Source: Candidatus Komeilibacteria bacterium CG11_big_fil_rev_8_21_14_0_20_36_20 (GTDB lineage: Bacteria; Patescibacteriota; Patescibacteriia; UBA1558; GWA2-36-10). Taken from it: 64,000 bases of DNA. The first letter of the stretch is position 1, and each line of letters starts with the position of its first letter. This document shows, in pieces, positions 16,651 to 26,729 of this stretch. The notes below the pieces were generated by a model that saw only the letters and a list, made by a program, of their open reading frames with translations, was not told the origin of the DNA and did not search any database. The stretch spans positions 132 to 64,131 of the forward strand of contig PCWQ01000009.1 of assembly GCA_002787405.1 (NCBI GenBank). The letters run 5' to 3'. Made by a program: the position numbers and the translations under genes.

Positions 16651-19608
16651 TTATTGAGAAAATCCTTCAGTGCTCCAAGTCGGTTCTTGAGCCACTATTC
16701 TAAATGTTCTAGTTTCAGACTGGGCACATTGATTGATACTATCGCAGGCCTCGACACTCCAGGTGTGGGTACCACTACAGAAAGTAATGGTAGTGGCATA
16801 GTCACCATTTTTGCCAGAATAAGAACTGATTTTTGGGCTGCCATCTATAATCAAAGTAGCTCTTTTTAGTTGATGGTCATCAATAATATTAGCGCTAAAT
16901 CGGACACTTGTATTATTAGAGGAATAGTTATTATTAGGCGTGAGTAAGTTAATGCTTGGCGGATTATCTTCAGGCGGTGTTCCTCCCTCTCCCACACTAT
17001 TTATTTCTAAAGCATTAAAGGCGCCCCAAGTGCCAGTTACCGTACCATTGAAGAAGAGATTTAGTTGCCCGTCAATTACATCAACAGTAAATGTTTCGGT
17101 AATATATTGGGCAGTGCCCTGCGAAATATGTTTTTGGAAGATTTCTTCAGCATAAACATCATATTCCTTTTGTCCGGCCAAAGCATCTCCGGAATAGAGG
17201 GTGATTTCATAAGTACCGGGATCAAGATCAACTAAGAAGGTATTACTAGATCGTCCGTCGGTCGGTAAATGCATATCTTGAAAGATATTATTATCAGCAG
17301 GATATTCGCCTCTATATCTAGGCATCATGCCAGATGTATTTTCCCAACCATATCCCAAATTGGCATTGTAGACCTGCAAGGGAAAACTGGTAAAGCCGGT
17401 CATAGTGTTAGATCTATCGGTATTATCAAAATCAAGTTTTAGTTCAAAAGGAGGGGCATCGCCAGTAGTAGTGTCGGGAACATTTGAAAGTCCACTCCAT
17501 AATAAAGCACCATCTCTAGTTTTGATTGCAAAATAATAATGTTTTTGCGGCAATAGATTGGAGATGGAGAATGTTTCTAGTGTTCCAGCAACTGACGGCT
17601 CAGGCTCGCCTGTTGCTTGAGTGGCTATATCCCAATTATTAGGAGTGATTGGATGATTATAATAGTATCTAATATCATATTCTTCAGCCGTGCCGCTATT
17701 TCCATTATCACCAGGCGCAGTCCAATTTAAAGTCACGGTAGTATAAGCTGTATCGGTCACTTCTAGGTCAGTCACATTAGCTGGAGGAGTGCCAGGAATA
17801 CAACTGCCATTGATACAGCATAATTGACCTTCATTGGAATTGACAAATTCGCCAGTGCATTCTTCACCCTGATTACAATAGTTACCGCCCTGTTCAGAGC
17901 AAGCGAGATAAATAAGTGGATTTTCTTTGAGTAGTATAGCAGCTTCTGAATTATTTAAATGAATTGCATTAATGGTGTTGATATTAACTGCTCCGTCGGC
18001 TTGTAATAAATGAAAGTCATCATTTAAATTAACTGTAACACCAGATGAATAACTACCTCCGGGTGGATTTAGCAGTACCAAGGATTTAGTGAATTCTCGG
18101 GCATAAATAGTAGGATTAGTTTGATAAATATAATAGTTTCCGATTGGCTTGCCAGGATCAACTTCTAAGGCTTCAATATGAGTATCCCTATATGGCGCAT
18201 CTGCATAGAGACTTAAAACATCAAAATAAGCTAATGTGTTTTCTTCGTCTTTAGCTAAATAATAGAGTGCTGCTTCATAAATTTCCAATCTGGATAAGCT
18301 GCTGTCATAATTACCTGGATTATAGCCATCCGGACAGTAACCAAATGGTCCGCAGGGATCGCCCCAAGGACGACGGGATGACCCTCTGACTTGAGTGCTC
18401 ATAATCACAGTCTTGTTATTATCTATCAGCTGTTGTGTGCTATCCAGTAATCTTTGCACCCATGGTTCGCTGACAAGTGGCTTAAGAAAGGCGAATTCTA
18501 AAAATTCTCCGTCAACTGCCTCGGCCAGATATAAAGATTCATCGGTGTAATAATATTCGGCAGGATTACCGATTAAAGATTTACCTTCCGGTAGTCTGCT
18601 TTTAAGCTCGGCTAAATATTGATAAATATCATGGTCATAATCGCCTACTGAATTATGGCAGCCGTCTACTTCGTCCCAGGTTCGTCCACCGTATTCTAGA
18701 ATACCTCCGCCTGAAACTATTCTCGTTTGCCCGCCGGCGTAAATACAGCCATTAGGCATAGCCAAGAATTCATCAATAAAAATTCTTTCAATTTCGTTTC
18801 CTTCAGCGGTTGGGGTTGTCAAAATAGTGTTTATTTCATCCGACATATAATCTTGGGCCAGTGGTGATGTCGGATTTAAAAACCATCTTCTAGTATTCCA
18901 ATCATAAGCATCCAATCTACACTCAGCTGTTGGTGTGCCTGGGCAACCAGTAATTTCTATTTGTTCCTTAAAAGATCCATCCATTTCATAAAGGTTAAGG
19001 ACAGTATTCTCTGAAAAATGTAAAAATGCATCCTCTAAGCCGTCATCGCGAGAACTGGCAAATTGTTCCAATCCATTATATCTGTCCAGTGTGTATTGGC
19101 TGACATCTTTAAGAGTGGTGTAATGAGAATGGGAGATAGTCGGATTGCGTGATTCTATTGGATCAAGGTACTCTGTTTGCAAGACTTCATCATAGTGGCC
19201 GGCAAACCAATCAAGTTCTTCCTGGACTGTTTGTTGATTAGAATATTTATAGCCGCGCACATCTCTGCCTAATAAAACATTTTGAAAATGAGGACTCCAT
19301 TTTGTATAACCGCATTCTTCTCCCAGAGGCTGCCAAGCAATATTTTCGTTATCAGGATCATAATAGCAACAATATCCACTGGTTTTTTCTTCGCCATTAC
19401 ATAAACAGGCAGAAGTGATAGGTGCTCTATTGGAGCAAGTTATAGTGGTACGCAAAGGAGTTTTATTAGGGCTACTGTGAAGCATAACAGCCATACTGAT
19501 TGAGCCAGCCGCCAATAGAGTAATTATCATGATTAAACCGCCAGCAAACATTGATTGCTTAATTTTTTGTTTGGCAGCTAATTTTGCTTTGATTTTATTA
19601 CTGTCCAT
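16651..19608 (-). CDS. giant secreted/surface-anchored protein (985 aa): N-terminal signal anchor, Cys-rich modules, fibronectin type III domain
   Basis: N-terminal TM segment; many Cys pairs; FN3-like segment TDLEVTDTAYTTVTLNWTAP...YDIRYY. Confidence 0.7.
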   Translation of the reverse strand: MDSNKIKAKLAAKQKIKQSMFAGGLIMIITLLAAGSISMAVMLHSSPNKTPLRTTITCSNRAPITSACLCNGEEKTSGYCCYYDPDNENIAWQPLGEECGYTKWSPHFQNVLLGRDVRGYKYSNQQTVQEELDWFAGHYDEVLQTEYLDPIESRNPTISHSHYTTLKDVSQYTLDRYNGLEQFASSRDDGLEDAFLHFSENTVLNLYEMDGSFKEQIEITGCPGTPTAECRLDAYDWNTRRWFLNPTSPLAQDYMSDEINTILTTPTAEGNEIERIFIDEFLAMPNGCIYAGGQTRIVSGGGILEYGGRTWDEVDGCHNSVGDYDHDIYQYLAELKSRLPEGKSLIGNPAEYYYTDESLYLAEAVDGEFLEFAFLKPLVSEPWVQRLLDSTQQLIDNNKTVIMSTQVRGSSRRPWGDPCGPFGYCPDGYNPGNYDSSLSRLEIYEAALYYLAKDEENTLAYFDVLSLYADAPYRDTHIEALEVDPGKPIGNYYIYQTNPTIYAREFTKSLVLLNPPGGSYSSGVTVNLNDDFHLLQADGAVNINTINAIHLNNSEAAILLKENPLIYLACSEQGGNYCNQGEECTGEFVNSNEGQLCCINGSCIPGTPPANVTDLEVTDTAYTTVTLNWTAPGDNGNSGTAEEYDIRYYYNHPITPNNWDIATQATGEPEPSVAGTLETFSISNLLPQKHYYFAIKTRDGALLWSGLSNVPDTTTGDAPPFELKLDFDNTDRSNTMTGFTSFPLQVYNANLGYGWENTSGMMPRYRGEYPADNNIFQDMHLPTDGRSSNTFLVDLDPGTYEITLYSGDALAGQKEYDVYAEEIFQKHISQGTAQYITETFTVDVIDGQLNLFFNGTVTGTWGAFNALEINSVGEGGTPPEDNPPSINLLTPNNNYSSNNTSVRFSANIIDDHQLKRATLIIDGSPKISSYSGKNGDYATTITFCSGTHTWSVEACDSINQCAQSETRTFRIVAQEPTWSTEGFSQ

Positions 19609-19682
19609 TTTTTTATAGTTACTAATAAAGTAATTATTGTATTATATTATAGCATAGTTATTACAAAAAAATAAGTTAAAAA

Positions 19683-19715
19683 GAAGCCCCTGCTAAGCAG
19701 GGGCTTCTTTTTATT
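19683..19715 (-). terminator. Rho-independent terminator after tig
   Basis: GAAGCCCCTGCtaagCAGGGGCTTC, 10-bp stem, flanked by A-run/T-run. Confidence 0.8.
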
Positions 19716-20991
19716 GGATAATCTTTTCAGAAATAAATTTGACTACTTTTTGATTATTAATCAGATTGGCTGTGTGTTGACGATAGCCAGGCAGTTGAAT
19801 ATTTTTGATGACCTCTTTATTATCTTTGTAAAGCTCCATTTGTTTTTTAATTTGCTCCTTGATTTCCTGTTCACTGCTTTGGATATTTTCCTCTTGAGCA
19901 AGCTGCCTTAAAATCAAAGCGGCTTTAACTCTTTCTTGGGCTTGCGGCTGGAAATCCTTTTCCAAATCTTCCCGGGTCTTATTAATTGATTTTAGATAGC
20001 CGGCTATGTCCATACTTTGACTTCTGACATTATGTTCTAATTCATAAAGCATTTTCTGGATTTCATTTTTAATCAGGATGTCCGGAATTTCGCCAATAGT
20101 TGAAAATTTTACAATTTCGTTAACTGCTTCGGCTTCGGTTCTTTGTTTTTCTTTAGCTTCTTTGTCGCGGCTGATATTTTCACGGAGTTGTTCTTTGAGT
20201 TTTTCCAGATCATCAAATCCAATATTTTTAGCAAACTGATCATCAAGTTTTGGCAACTCTCTGGAAAAAACATTTAAGACTTTTACTTTAAAATCAGCTT
20301 TTTTCCCAGCCAGATTTGTTTGGAAATATTTAGCAGGAAATTCTAACTCAAATTCAGTTTTATCTTCGTCTTTGAGGCCGATTAATTTATCCTCAAAGCC
20401 GGGGATCATTCGATTTTGTCCAATAATGACGGGATATTTGCTGCTTTTACCGCCTTCAATCACAACTTTATTAATCAGCACTTCAAAATCAACTTCCACT
20501 TTATCGCCCTTAGCGGCTGGTCGATTAGCCAGAGTTTCTTTGACATTCATTTCCTGAAGTTGTTGGAGAGTCTGTTCAATTTCTTCAGAGCTAGCTTTAA
20601 CCTTTTTTTTCTTAACTATAATTTTTTGCCAGTCACCTAGGGTTACTTGGGGTAAAAGAGAGACTATAGCCGTATAAACTACCGGATTACCAGGGGCTAA
20701 TTTATCTACCTTGATTTCCGGTTGGCCGATTGTTTCTAATTTTTCGCGAGTGATTGCTTTGTAGAAACTTGAGGAAATGATGTGTTCCAACGCTTCTTGA
20801 TGAATATTCATTTCACCAAAATGTTGTTTAATTAATTGATAAGGCACCTTACCTGGTCGAAAGCCGGGAATTTTATTTTTATGCGAAAGCCGTTCGGCAG
20901 CATTTTTTAAATGAGGTTCTAATTCTTCAGGGGAAACCTCAATTGTTAGTTCTAGTTGATTTTTTTCTAGATCTTTTTTATTTATTTTCAT
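19711..20991 (-). CDS. tig: trigger factor
   Basis: Signature GFRPGKVP; ~427 aa from MKINKK start. Confidence 0.85.
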   Translation of the reverse strand: MKINKKDLEKNQLELTIEVSPEELEPHLKNAAERLSHKNKIPGFRPGKVPYQLIKQHFGEMNIHQEALEHIISSSFYKAITREKLETIGQPEIKVDKLAPGNPVVYTAIVSLLPQVTLGDWQKIIVKKKKVKASSEEIEQTLQQLQEMNVKETLANRPAAKGDKVEVDFEVLINKVVIEGGKSSKYPVIIGQNRMIPGFEDKLIGLKDEDKTEFELEFPAKYFQTNLAGKKADFKVKVLNVFSRELPKLDDQFAKNIGFDDLEKLKEQLRENISRDKEAKEKQRTEAEAVNEIVKFSTIGEIPDILIKNEIQKMLYELEHNVRSQSMDIAGYLKSINKTREDLEKDFQPQAQERVKAALILRQLAQEENIQSSEQEIKEQIKKQMELYKDNKEVIKNIQLPGYRQHTANLINNQKVVKFISEKIIQ

Positions 20992-20995
20992 AGAT

Positions 20996-23050
20996 CTAGC
21001 CAAGAATAATGGCAATTAATAATAAAGCAACTACATTTAAAATTTTAATCATAGGGTTGATAGCTGGGCCAGCGGTGTCTTTGTAGGGGTCACCGACAGT
21101 ATCACCGGTAATGGCTGCTTTATGTGCGACAGAACCCTTACCACCATGATGGCCGCTCTCAATATATTTTTTAGCATTATCCCAAGCTCCGCCACCTGAG
21201 GTCATGGAAATAGCAATAAAAATTCCGGTCACGATACTACCCACCAACAGGCCCCCTAAAGTAGTGAGGGCATTATCCATATTACCTAAGATTAAACCAA
21301 AAATTATAATAATTAAGATAGGCGCTAAAACTGGAATTAAAGCAGGTAAGATCATTTGTTTAAGGGCGCCCTTGGTAACAATATCTACAGTTGATTTATA
21401 ATCCGGTTTTTCACTACCGTCCATAATACCTGGCTTGTCTTTAAACTGCTGACGGACATCTTTAACTACATAACCAGCTGTTTTCCCAACCGCTTCCATT
21501 GATAGAGCGCCGAAGATATAAGGCAAGAGACCGCCGATAAAAAGACCAGCTAATACATAAGGATTGTCTAAAGTAAAAATTAATTCTTTTCCAGCGTTTA
21601 ATAATTCTTCAGTATAAGCGGCAAATAAGACTAAAGCAGCCAAACCGGCGGAAGCAATAGCATAACCCTTGGTTACGGCTTTAGTAGTATTACCTACTGC
21701 GTCTAAAGGATCAGTGATGCGGCGGACATCTTCAGATAATTCAGCCATTTCTGCAATTCCTCCGGCGTTATCAGTAATGGGGCCATAGGCATCAATAGTA
21801 ACAATAATACCAGCTAATGACAGCATGCTCATGGCAGCGACTGCGATGCCATAAAGTCCAGCAAAATAATAAGCAGTGATAATACCAATAACAATAACAA
21901 GTACTGGCCAGGCGGTTGATTTCATACTAATAGCTAAACCTTGAATAACATTAGTGCCATGGCCGGTTTCAGAGGCCTTAGCGATTGATTTTACTGGTTT
22001 ATATTTTGTGGAAGTATAATATTCGGTTAGCCAAACAATAAAAGCGGTGACGATTAAACCCACCAAACTAGCATAATAAATATTTAAATAATTAATACTG
22101 ACTAGATCAGACATCATGTTTTTCGTGACAAAATAAAATATCACTGCTGTAATCAAGCCGGCGGCGATTAATCCTTTATAGAGAGCTTTCATAATCGCGC
22201 CACTTTTTTCAATTTCCTCTATACTTTTCTTTTTGTTGATTCTAATAAATATTAAACCAATTAAAGAAGAAATAATAGCCACCGCTCCCAGGGCAATAGG
22301 ATAAAGTACGGCATTATCAATATTTTTAAAAGTTAGTGCTCCTAAAAGCATAGTGGCTACCAAAGTGACGGCGTAAGTTTCAAATAAATCAGCAGCCATA
22401 CCAGCACAATCACCGACATTATCACCGACATTATCAGCAATGACGGCTGGATTGCGCGGATCATCTTCAGGAATACCAGCTTCAATTTTACCGACTAAAT
22501 CGGCTCCCACATCAGCTGCTTTAGTGAAGATGCCGCCACCTAAGCGGGCGAAAACAGAAATCAAACTTCCGCCAAAACCTAAGCCAATTAAATGTTTAAC
22601 AGTGATAAAAGGAAGGGCATATAGTCCGGCTACTCCTAAAAGAGCCAAGCCGACTACCAGCATACCAGTTACTGAACCACCTAAAACGGCCAATTTCATC
22701 GCTGGCTGGATGCCATGCTTAGCGGCCTCTGTAGTGCGAACATTGGTTCTAACAGAAACATTCATTCCAATGATACCGGCAGCGGCTGATAAAACAGCCC
22801 CAATAATAAAGGCTAAGGCCGTACCCCAGTCAATAATAAAACCCAAAATAATAAATAGGGCGATGGCTAAATAGCTAATAGTTTTATATTGGCGGGTTAG
22901 AAAAGCTTTAGCTCCAGTTTGAATAGCTTTGGCGATTTCTATCATTTTTTCATCGCCGGTTGGCTCACGAAGAATTTTTTTGATCAACAGTATTCCAAAA
23001 ATAATGGAGATGATTGCAGCCAAGATGGCTAAAGTGGTTACACTAAACAT
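20996..23050 (-). CDS. hppA: membrane-bound H+/Na+-translocating pyrophosphatase
   Basis: 684 aa, ~16 TM; motifs [18 protein letters not shown] and [13 protein letters not shown]. Confidence 0.9.
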   Translation of the reverse strand: MFSVTTLAILAAIISIIFGILLIKKILREPTGDEKMIEIAKAIQTGAKAFLTRQYKTISYLAIALFIILGFIIDWGTALAFIIGAVLSAAAGIIGMNVSVRTNVRTTEAAKHGIQPAMKLAVLGGSVTGMLVVGLALLGVAGLYALPFITVKHLIGLGFGGSLISVFARLGGGIFTKAADVGADLVGKIEAGIPEDDPRNPAVIADNVGDNVGDCAGMAADLFETYAVTLVATMLLGALTFKNIDNAVLYPIALGAVAIISSLIGLIFIRINKKKSIEEIEKSGAIMKALYKGLIAAGLITAVIFYFVTKNMMSDLVSINYLNIYYASLVGLIVTAFIVWLTEYYTSTKYKPVKSIAKASETGHGTNVIQGLAISMKSTAWPVLVIVIGIITAYYFAGLYGIAVAAMSMLSLAGIIVTIDAYGPITDNAGGIAEMAELSEDVRRITDPLDAVGNTTKAVTKGYAIASAGLAALVLFAAYTEELLNAGKELIFTLDNPYVLAGLFIGGLLPYIFGALSMEAVGKTAGYVVKDVRQQFKDKPGIMDGSEKPDYKSTVDIVTKGALKQMILPALIPVLAPILIIIIFGLILGNMDNALTTLGGLLVGSIVTGIFIAISMTSGGGAWDNAKKYIESGHHGGKGSVAHKAAITGDTVGDPYKDTAGPAINPMIKILNVVALLLIAIILG

Positions 23051-23077
23051 AAGTTTCTAATTAATTCTTTATAAAAA

Positions 23078-24421
23078 TTATTTTGAATCTGACGATTTTT
23101 TTGAACTAGTAGATTTGGTTTTAGTTTTGGCGGTTTTTTCTTTTTTAGCTTTTTCTTTTTCATCGTCGGTTTTGGCTTTTTTAATCTTTTTTTTATCTTC
23201 CTTAACTTCAACTTTCTCAGTTTCTTCTTCTACTTTTTCCTCTTTATTTTTTTTATCATCTTTTTTATCATCCGTATTTGATATTTTATCATTAATAGCA
23301 TTAGAAACAATGTCTATTTTCCAACCAGTTAATTTTGCAGCTAGGCGGACATTTTGTCCTTGACGGCCAATAGCTAAAGATAATTGATCTTCTTTAACTT
23401 TGACGGAAGCTGTTTTTTCTTTTTTCTTAATGTCTATTGACTCAATTTCAGCTGGACTTAAACTATTGGTAATAAAATTTTTAAGATCTTCATCCCATTC
23501 GATGATGTCTATTTTTTCACCGCCTAATTCATTAATGACAGTTTGGACTCGGGCTCCTTTTTGACCGACACACGAACCAACTGGATCGATATTATCTTCC
23601 GTAGCCACTACGGCAATTTTTGAACGTGAGCCCGCTTCTCGAGCAATTGATTTTATTTCTACTGCACCAGAGGCAACCTCTGGCACTTCGGTGGCAAAAA
23701 GTTCTTTGACAATTTCTGGATGTGTGCGAGAGAGGACTATTTCTGGACCTTTACCGCCCATTCTAACTTGGACAATATAAAAATTTAAACGACTACCGAT
23801 GTTATATCTTTCATTTCTAATTTGCTCTTCAGGTAAGAGGATACCATTAGCTTGGCCTAAATTAACAATAAATCTTCTGCCTTCGCGACGCTGAATAGTT
23901 CCCAAAACCAACTCGCCTTCTTTGTTTTTATAGGCATTAAAGATATGATCCCTTTCAGCTTCGCGTAAACGTTGGACAATGACCTGTTTGGCGGTTTGAG
24001 CAGCCATACGACCATATTCTTCCGGTACCGCTAGTTTTGTTTCAATCACGTCTCCTATTTTGTAGTCAGGGTTTTTTTGCTGGGCTTCGGAAATCATAAT
24101 ATCAGTGCGGGGATTGAATTTTTTTATTTCTTCTTCTTCACTGATCTCTTCTCCTGCTTCGCGGCGTTCTTTTATTTTTTCTAGAGCTTTTTCCTGCTCT
24201 TCTAGATCAACATTTTCCATTACTATTTTAACGTCGAAAACAGCCGTTTGTCCGTTGTCGGCATTAAAAACAACCTTGATATTTTGGTCTTTAGTACCAA
24301 ATTCTTTGCGATAGGCGGCAGCTAGGGCTGCTTCAATAGCTCCAATTACTGCCTCCATCGACAGGTTTTTTTCTTCGCAAATTTGTTTGATGGCTGTAGA
24401 TAGATTATTGCTCATGGCCAT
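23078..24421 (-). CDS. nusA: transcription termination/antitermination factor NusA with Lys/Glu-rich C-terminal tail
   Basis: N-terminal domain plus S1 and two KH domains; probable start MAMSNN (track ORF extends to 24478). Confidence 0.85.
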   Translation of the reverse strand: MAMSNNLSTAIKQICEEKNLSMEAVIGAIEAALAAAYRKEFGTKDQNIKVVFNADNGQTAVFDVKIVMENVDLEEQEKALEKIKERREAGEEISEEEEIKKFNPRTDIMISEAQQKNPDYKIGDVIETKLAVPEEYGRMAAQTAKQVIVQRLREAERDHIFNAYKNKEGELVLGTIQRREGRRFIVNLGQANGILLPEEQIRNERYNIGSRLNFYIVQVRMGGKGPEIVLSRTHPEIVKELFATEVPEVASGAVEIKSIAREAGSRSKIAVVATEDNIDPVGSCVGQKGARVQTVINELGGEKIDIIEWDEDLKNFITNSLSPAEIESIDIKKKEKTASVKVKEDQLSLAIGRQGQNVRLAAKLTGWKIDIVSNAINDKISNTDDKKDDKKNKEEKVEEETEKVEVKEDKKKIKKAKTDDEKEKAKKEKTAKTKTKSTSSKKSSDSK

Positions 24422-24553
24422 ATTTTTGATTTTAAATTTATAAAAATAAGCTAGTCTACAATAAACTAGCTTAATCATTAGTAATCTTACTATTGTTTGT
24501 CATTTTAGTCAACCTTTTACGAGGACTTATTTTTGATTGGATTAGGGGGCTGA

Positions 24554-24907
24554 TTAGACTAAAAATCTTTTAATACTTGCTCGGCGATTTTTTGTTTCAA
24601 TTACGCAAATTTCTATTTCGCAGTTTTCTGGCAGTTTATTTTTCTTTTGCATAATTTGATAAGCTTGATTAAGGTGTTCCAATTTTTGTTGATTAACAGT
24701 TTCTTCTCCATAGCCCAGATTATAATTATTTCGAGTTTTCACTTCAACAATTAATATCCGATTATTTTTTTGTAAAACTAAATCTAATTCTCCATAGCGA
24801 GTCCAGTAATTTTGTTGAACAATTTTCCAGCCACGTTGTTGATAAAATTGAGCGGCGATTTTTTCTCCCAGAGACCCTAATTGTTGTCTATAATTTTTTT
24901 TGGACAT
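24554..24907 (-). CDS. yraN: YraN-family (UPF0102) endonuclease
   Basis: LGEKIAAQFYQQRGWKIVQQNYWTRYGELDLVL matches the family core. Confidence 0.8.
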   Translation of the reverse strand: MSKKNYRQQLGSLGEKIAAQFYQQRGWKIVQQNYWTRYGELDLVLQKNNRILIVEVKTRNNYNLGYGEETVNQQKLEHLNQAYQIMQKKNKLPENCEIEICVIETKNRRASIKRFLV

Positions 24908-24952
24908 AAAACAGGCTTAATGATTTGCCCGTTTTTATTTTTAAAAATTTAT

Positions 24953-25360
24953 TTATTTTCTTTTAGGTAACCAGCGATTAAATTCTTCTTCTGTTTTTTT
25001 TATTTCTTCTTTTTTTGGGATTTCTTTTTTCCAGTATTTAATAATAAATGCCAGCCAGATAAAGGCGAAGATTATCCAAAGCAACATCCAGATCCTAGCT
25101 CCTAGATATATTGCTCTTACTTCCCGAAAGAAAAAAAGAGCTAAGCCAATCAGCCCGATTGTCCAGCCCCAAAGTTGTAATTTTGTCCAAAGTTTTTTAA
25201 ATAATCCCGAGCTTTTTGTCAGTTTTCGGGCAGCGTAAATACCTATGACAATCGCCCCAATAAAGACTATTAAAAGAATAATTCTCATTGTCCACGAGAA
25301 ACCCACTATAGGGTATCTTTCTAGTAAATATGACCAATTCAACAATTTAGATAAATCCAT
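24953..25360 (-). CDS. membrane protein, hypothetical
   Basis: 135 aa, 3-4 TM segments. Confidence 0.5.
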   Translation of the reverse strand: MDLSKLLNWSYLLERYPIVGFSWTMRIILLIVFIGAIVIGIYAARKLTKSSGLFKKLWTKLQLWGWTIGLIGLALFFFREVRAIYLGARIWMLLWIIFAFIWLAFIIKYWKKEIPKKEEIKKTEEEFNRWLPKRK

Positions 25361-25416
25361 AGTTCTTAAATTTTCTAGAATGGATATTAGATGATTTAGA
25401 GGATAAAGTCAATTAG

Positions 25417-26064
25417 CTATTCTTTTTCAAAAATTAAACCGAAATGATATTTACCGGCCTTAAAACTCTGGAGTAATTTTAAATCTAACTGTTGGGCATA
25501 GCCCTGAATTTTTTCTTGGTCAACCTGCAAATCGTCAGGTGGGGCAAATCCTTGGGTAGTATTACTCCAGTCAATAATCAGCAATTTGCCCCCTGATTTT
25601 AGAAGGCGAGTTCCTTCAGCTATTATCTCATAGTGTTTCTTGGATTGAAAAAGGATATTAACCAAAAGAGCAAAATCAAGAGATCCTTCTGGTATTTTAG
25701 TAGCGCCGACTATTTCTAAGTTGCTCCAGATAATTTTAATATTATACAGACCAATCATCCTTGCTTTTGATTCTATTTCTCCCAGAGTTCCTTTGACTAC
25801 ATCAACGGCATAAACTTGCCCGCGGTCACCGACTAGCCGGGCGGCTTGCATAGTAAAGAGTCCTCCGCCTGCCCCCAAATCAGCTACAATATTTCCAGGT
25901 TGCAACTGCAGAATATTTTTTAGAATATTGCCAAAATTAAGCAGTTCACTCTTACCAAGAGAACTTTGCTGATTAGCCAGAGTCGAAGTAGCCATTATTT
26001 CATCTTTGTTTAGTTGGTTAACATTTTGATTGTTAACTGATGGATTTGTTTGTGTTTCAGACAT
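25417..26064 (-). CDS. class I SAM-dependent methyltransferase
   Basis: Motif I VADLGAGGG; acidic post-I residue. Confidence 0.75.
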   Translation of the reverse strand: MSETQTNPSVNNQNVNQLNKDEIMATSTLANQQSSLGKSELLNFGNILKNILQLQPGNIVADLGAGGGLFTMQAARLVGDRGQVYAVDVVKGTLGEIESKARMIGLYNIKIIWSNLEIVGATKIPEGSLDFALLVNILFQSKKHYEIIAEGTRLLKSGGKLLIIDWSNTTQGFAPPDDLQVDQEKIQGYAQQLDLKLLQSFKAGKYHFGLIFEKE

Positions 26065-26183
26065 ATGTTTCTATTTATATTATTATTATAACAAAAATAT
26101 AACCCATTAGCCATTGTTAGTTGAATAATAATAATAAAAAAGGTAGAATATACTATATAATAATCAGTTTTTGTTTATTCAAT

Positions 26184-26720
26184 ATGCTGACTCTGGTTAT
26201 AGAATTATTTTGGCTTTTTTTGCCAGCGGGAGTTGCCAATATGGCTCCAGTTATTTTTCGTCGCCTGTCTTTTTTAAGTTGTCCAGTAGACTTTAACAAA
26301 CAGCTTAAGGGTCAGCCGATTTTTGGTACTCATAAGACTTATCGCGGATTTTTCTTTGGTATTTTAGCGGCTATTATTACCGTTTATTTGCAGAGATTAG
26401 CCGGAGGCCCTATATTGGATTATGCTTTAGTTGATTATAATCAGATTAATATTTTTTGGTTCGGATTTTTGATGGGCTTTGGAGCGTTGTTTGGTGATTT
26501 GATTCGGAGTTTTATCAAACGCCGCTTGAAGATGGAACCAGGCAAATTATGGATTCCCTTTGACCAGATTGATTGGATAATTGGGAGTATTGCTTTCACT
26601 TTTTTTTATTTTCAATTATCTTATTTGATGTTTTTTTTGGCCTTAGTGTTAGGTGGGATCCTTCATATGTTAGCCAATTATCTCGGCTATCTATTAAAAA
26701 TAAAAAGAGCTAAGCTTTAG
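26184..26720 (+). CDS. CDP-archaeol synthase (CarS, DUF46)-family CTP-transferase homologue
   Basis: LFLPAGVANMAPV...PVDFNKQ...GTHKTYRGFFFG follows the CarS pattern (LLPxxxxN...P.DFGK...G..KTWRGF); track ORF begins at 26121, probable start at 26184. Confidence 0.6.
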   Translation: MLTLVIELFWLFLPAGVANMAPVIFRRLSFLSCPVDFNKQLKGQPIFGTHKTYRGFFFGILAAIITVYLQRLAGGPILDYALVDYNQINIFWFGFLMGFGALFGDLIRSFIKRRLKMEPGKLWIPFDQIDWIIGSIAFTFFYFQLSYLMFFLALVLGGILHMLANYLGYLLKIKRAKL

Positions 26721-26729
26721 AGTAATATA

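Noticed and set aside
24422-24478. 19-aa N-terminal extension of NusA ORF (MIKLVYCRLAYFYKFKIKN)
   Set aside because: Hydrophobic/basic junk preceding a good MAMSNN start; NusA N-termini begin directly with the NTD helix.
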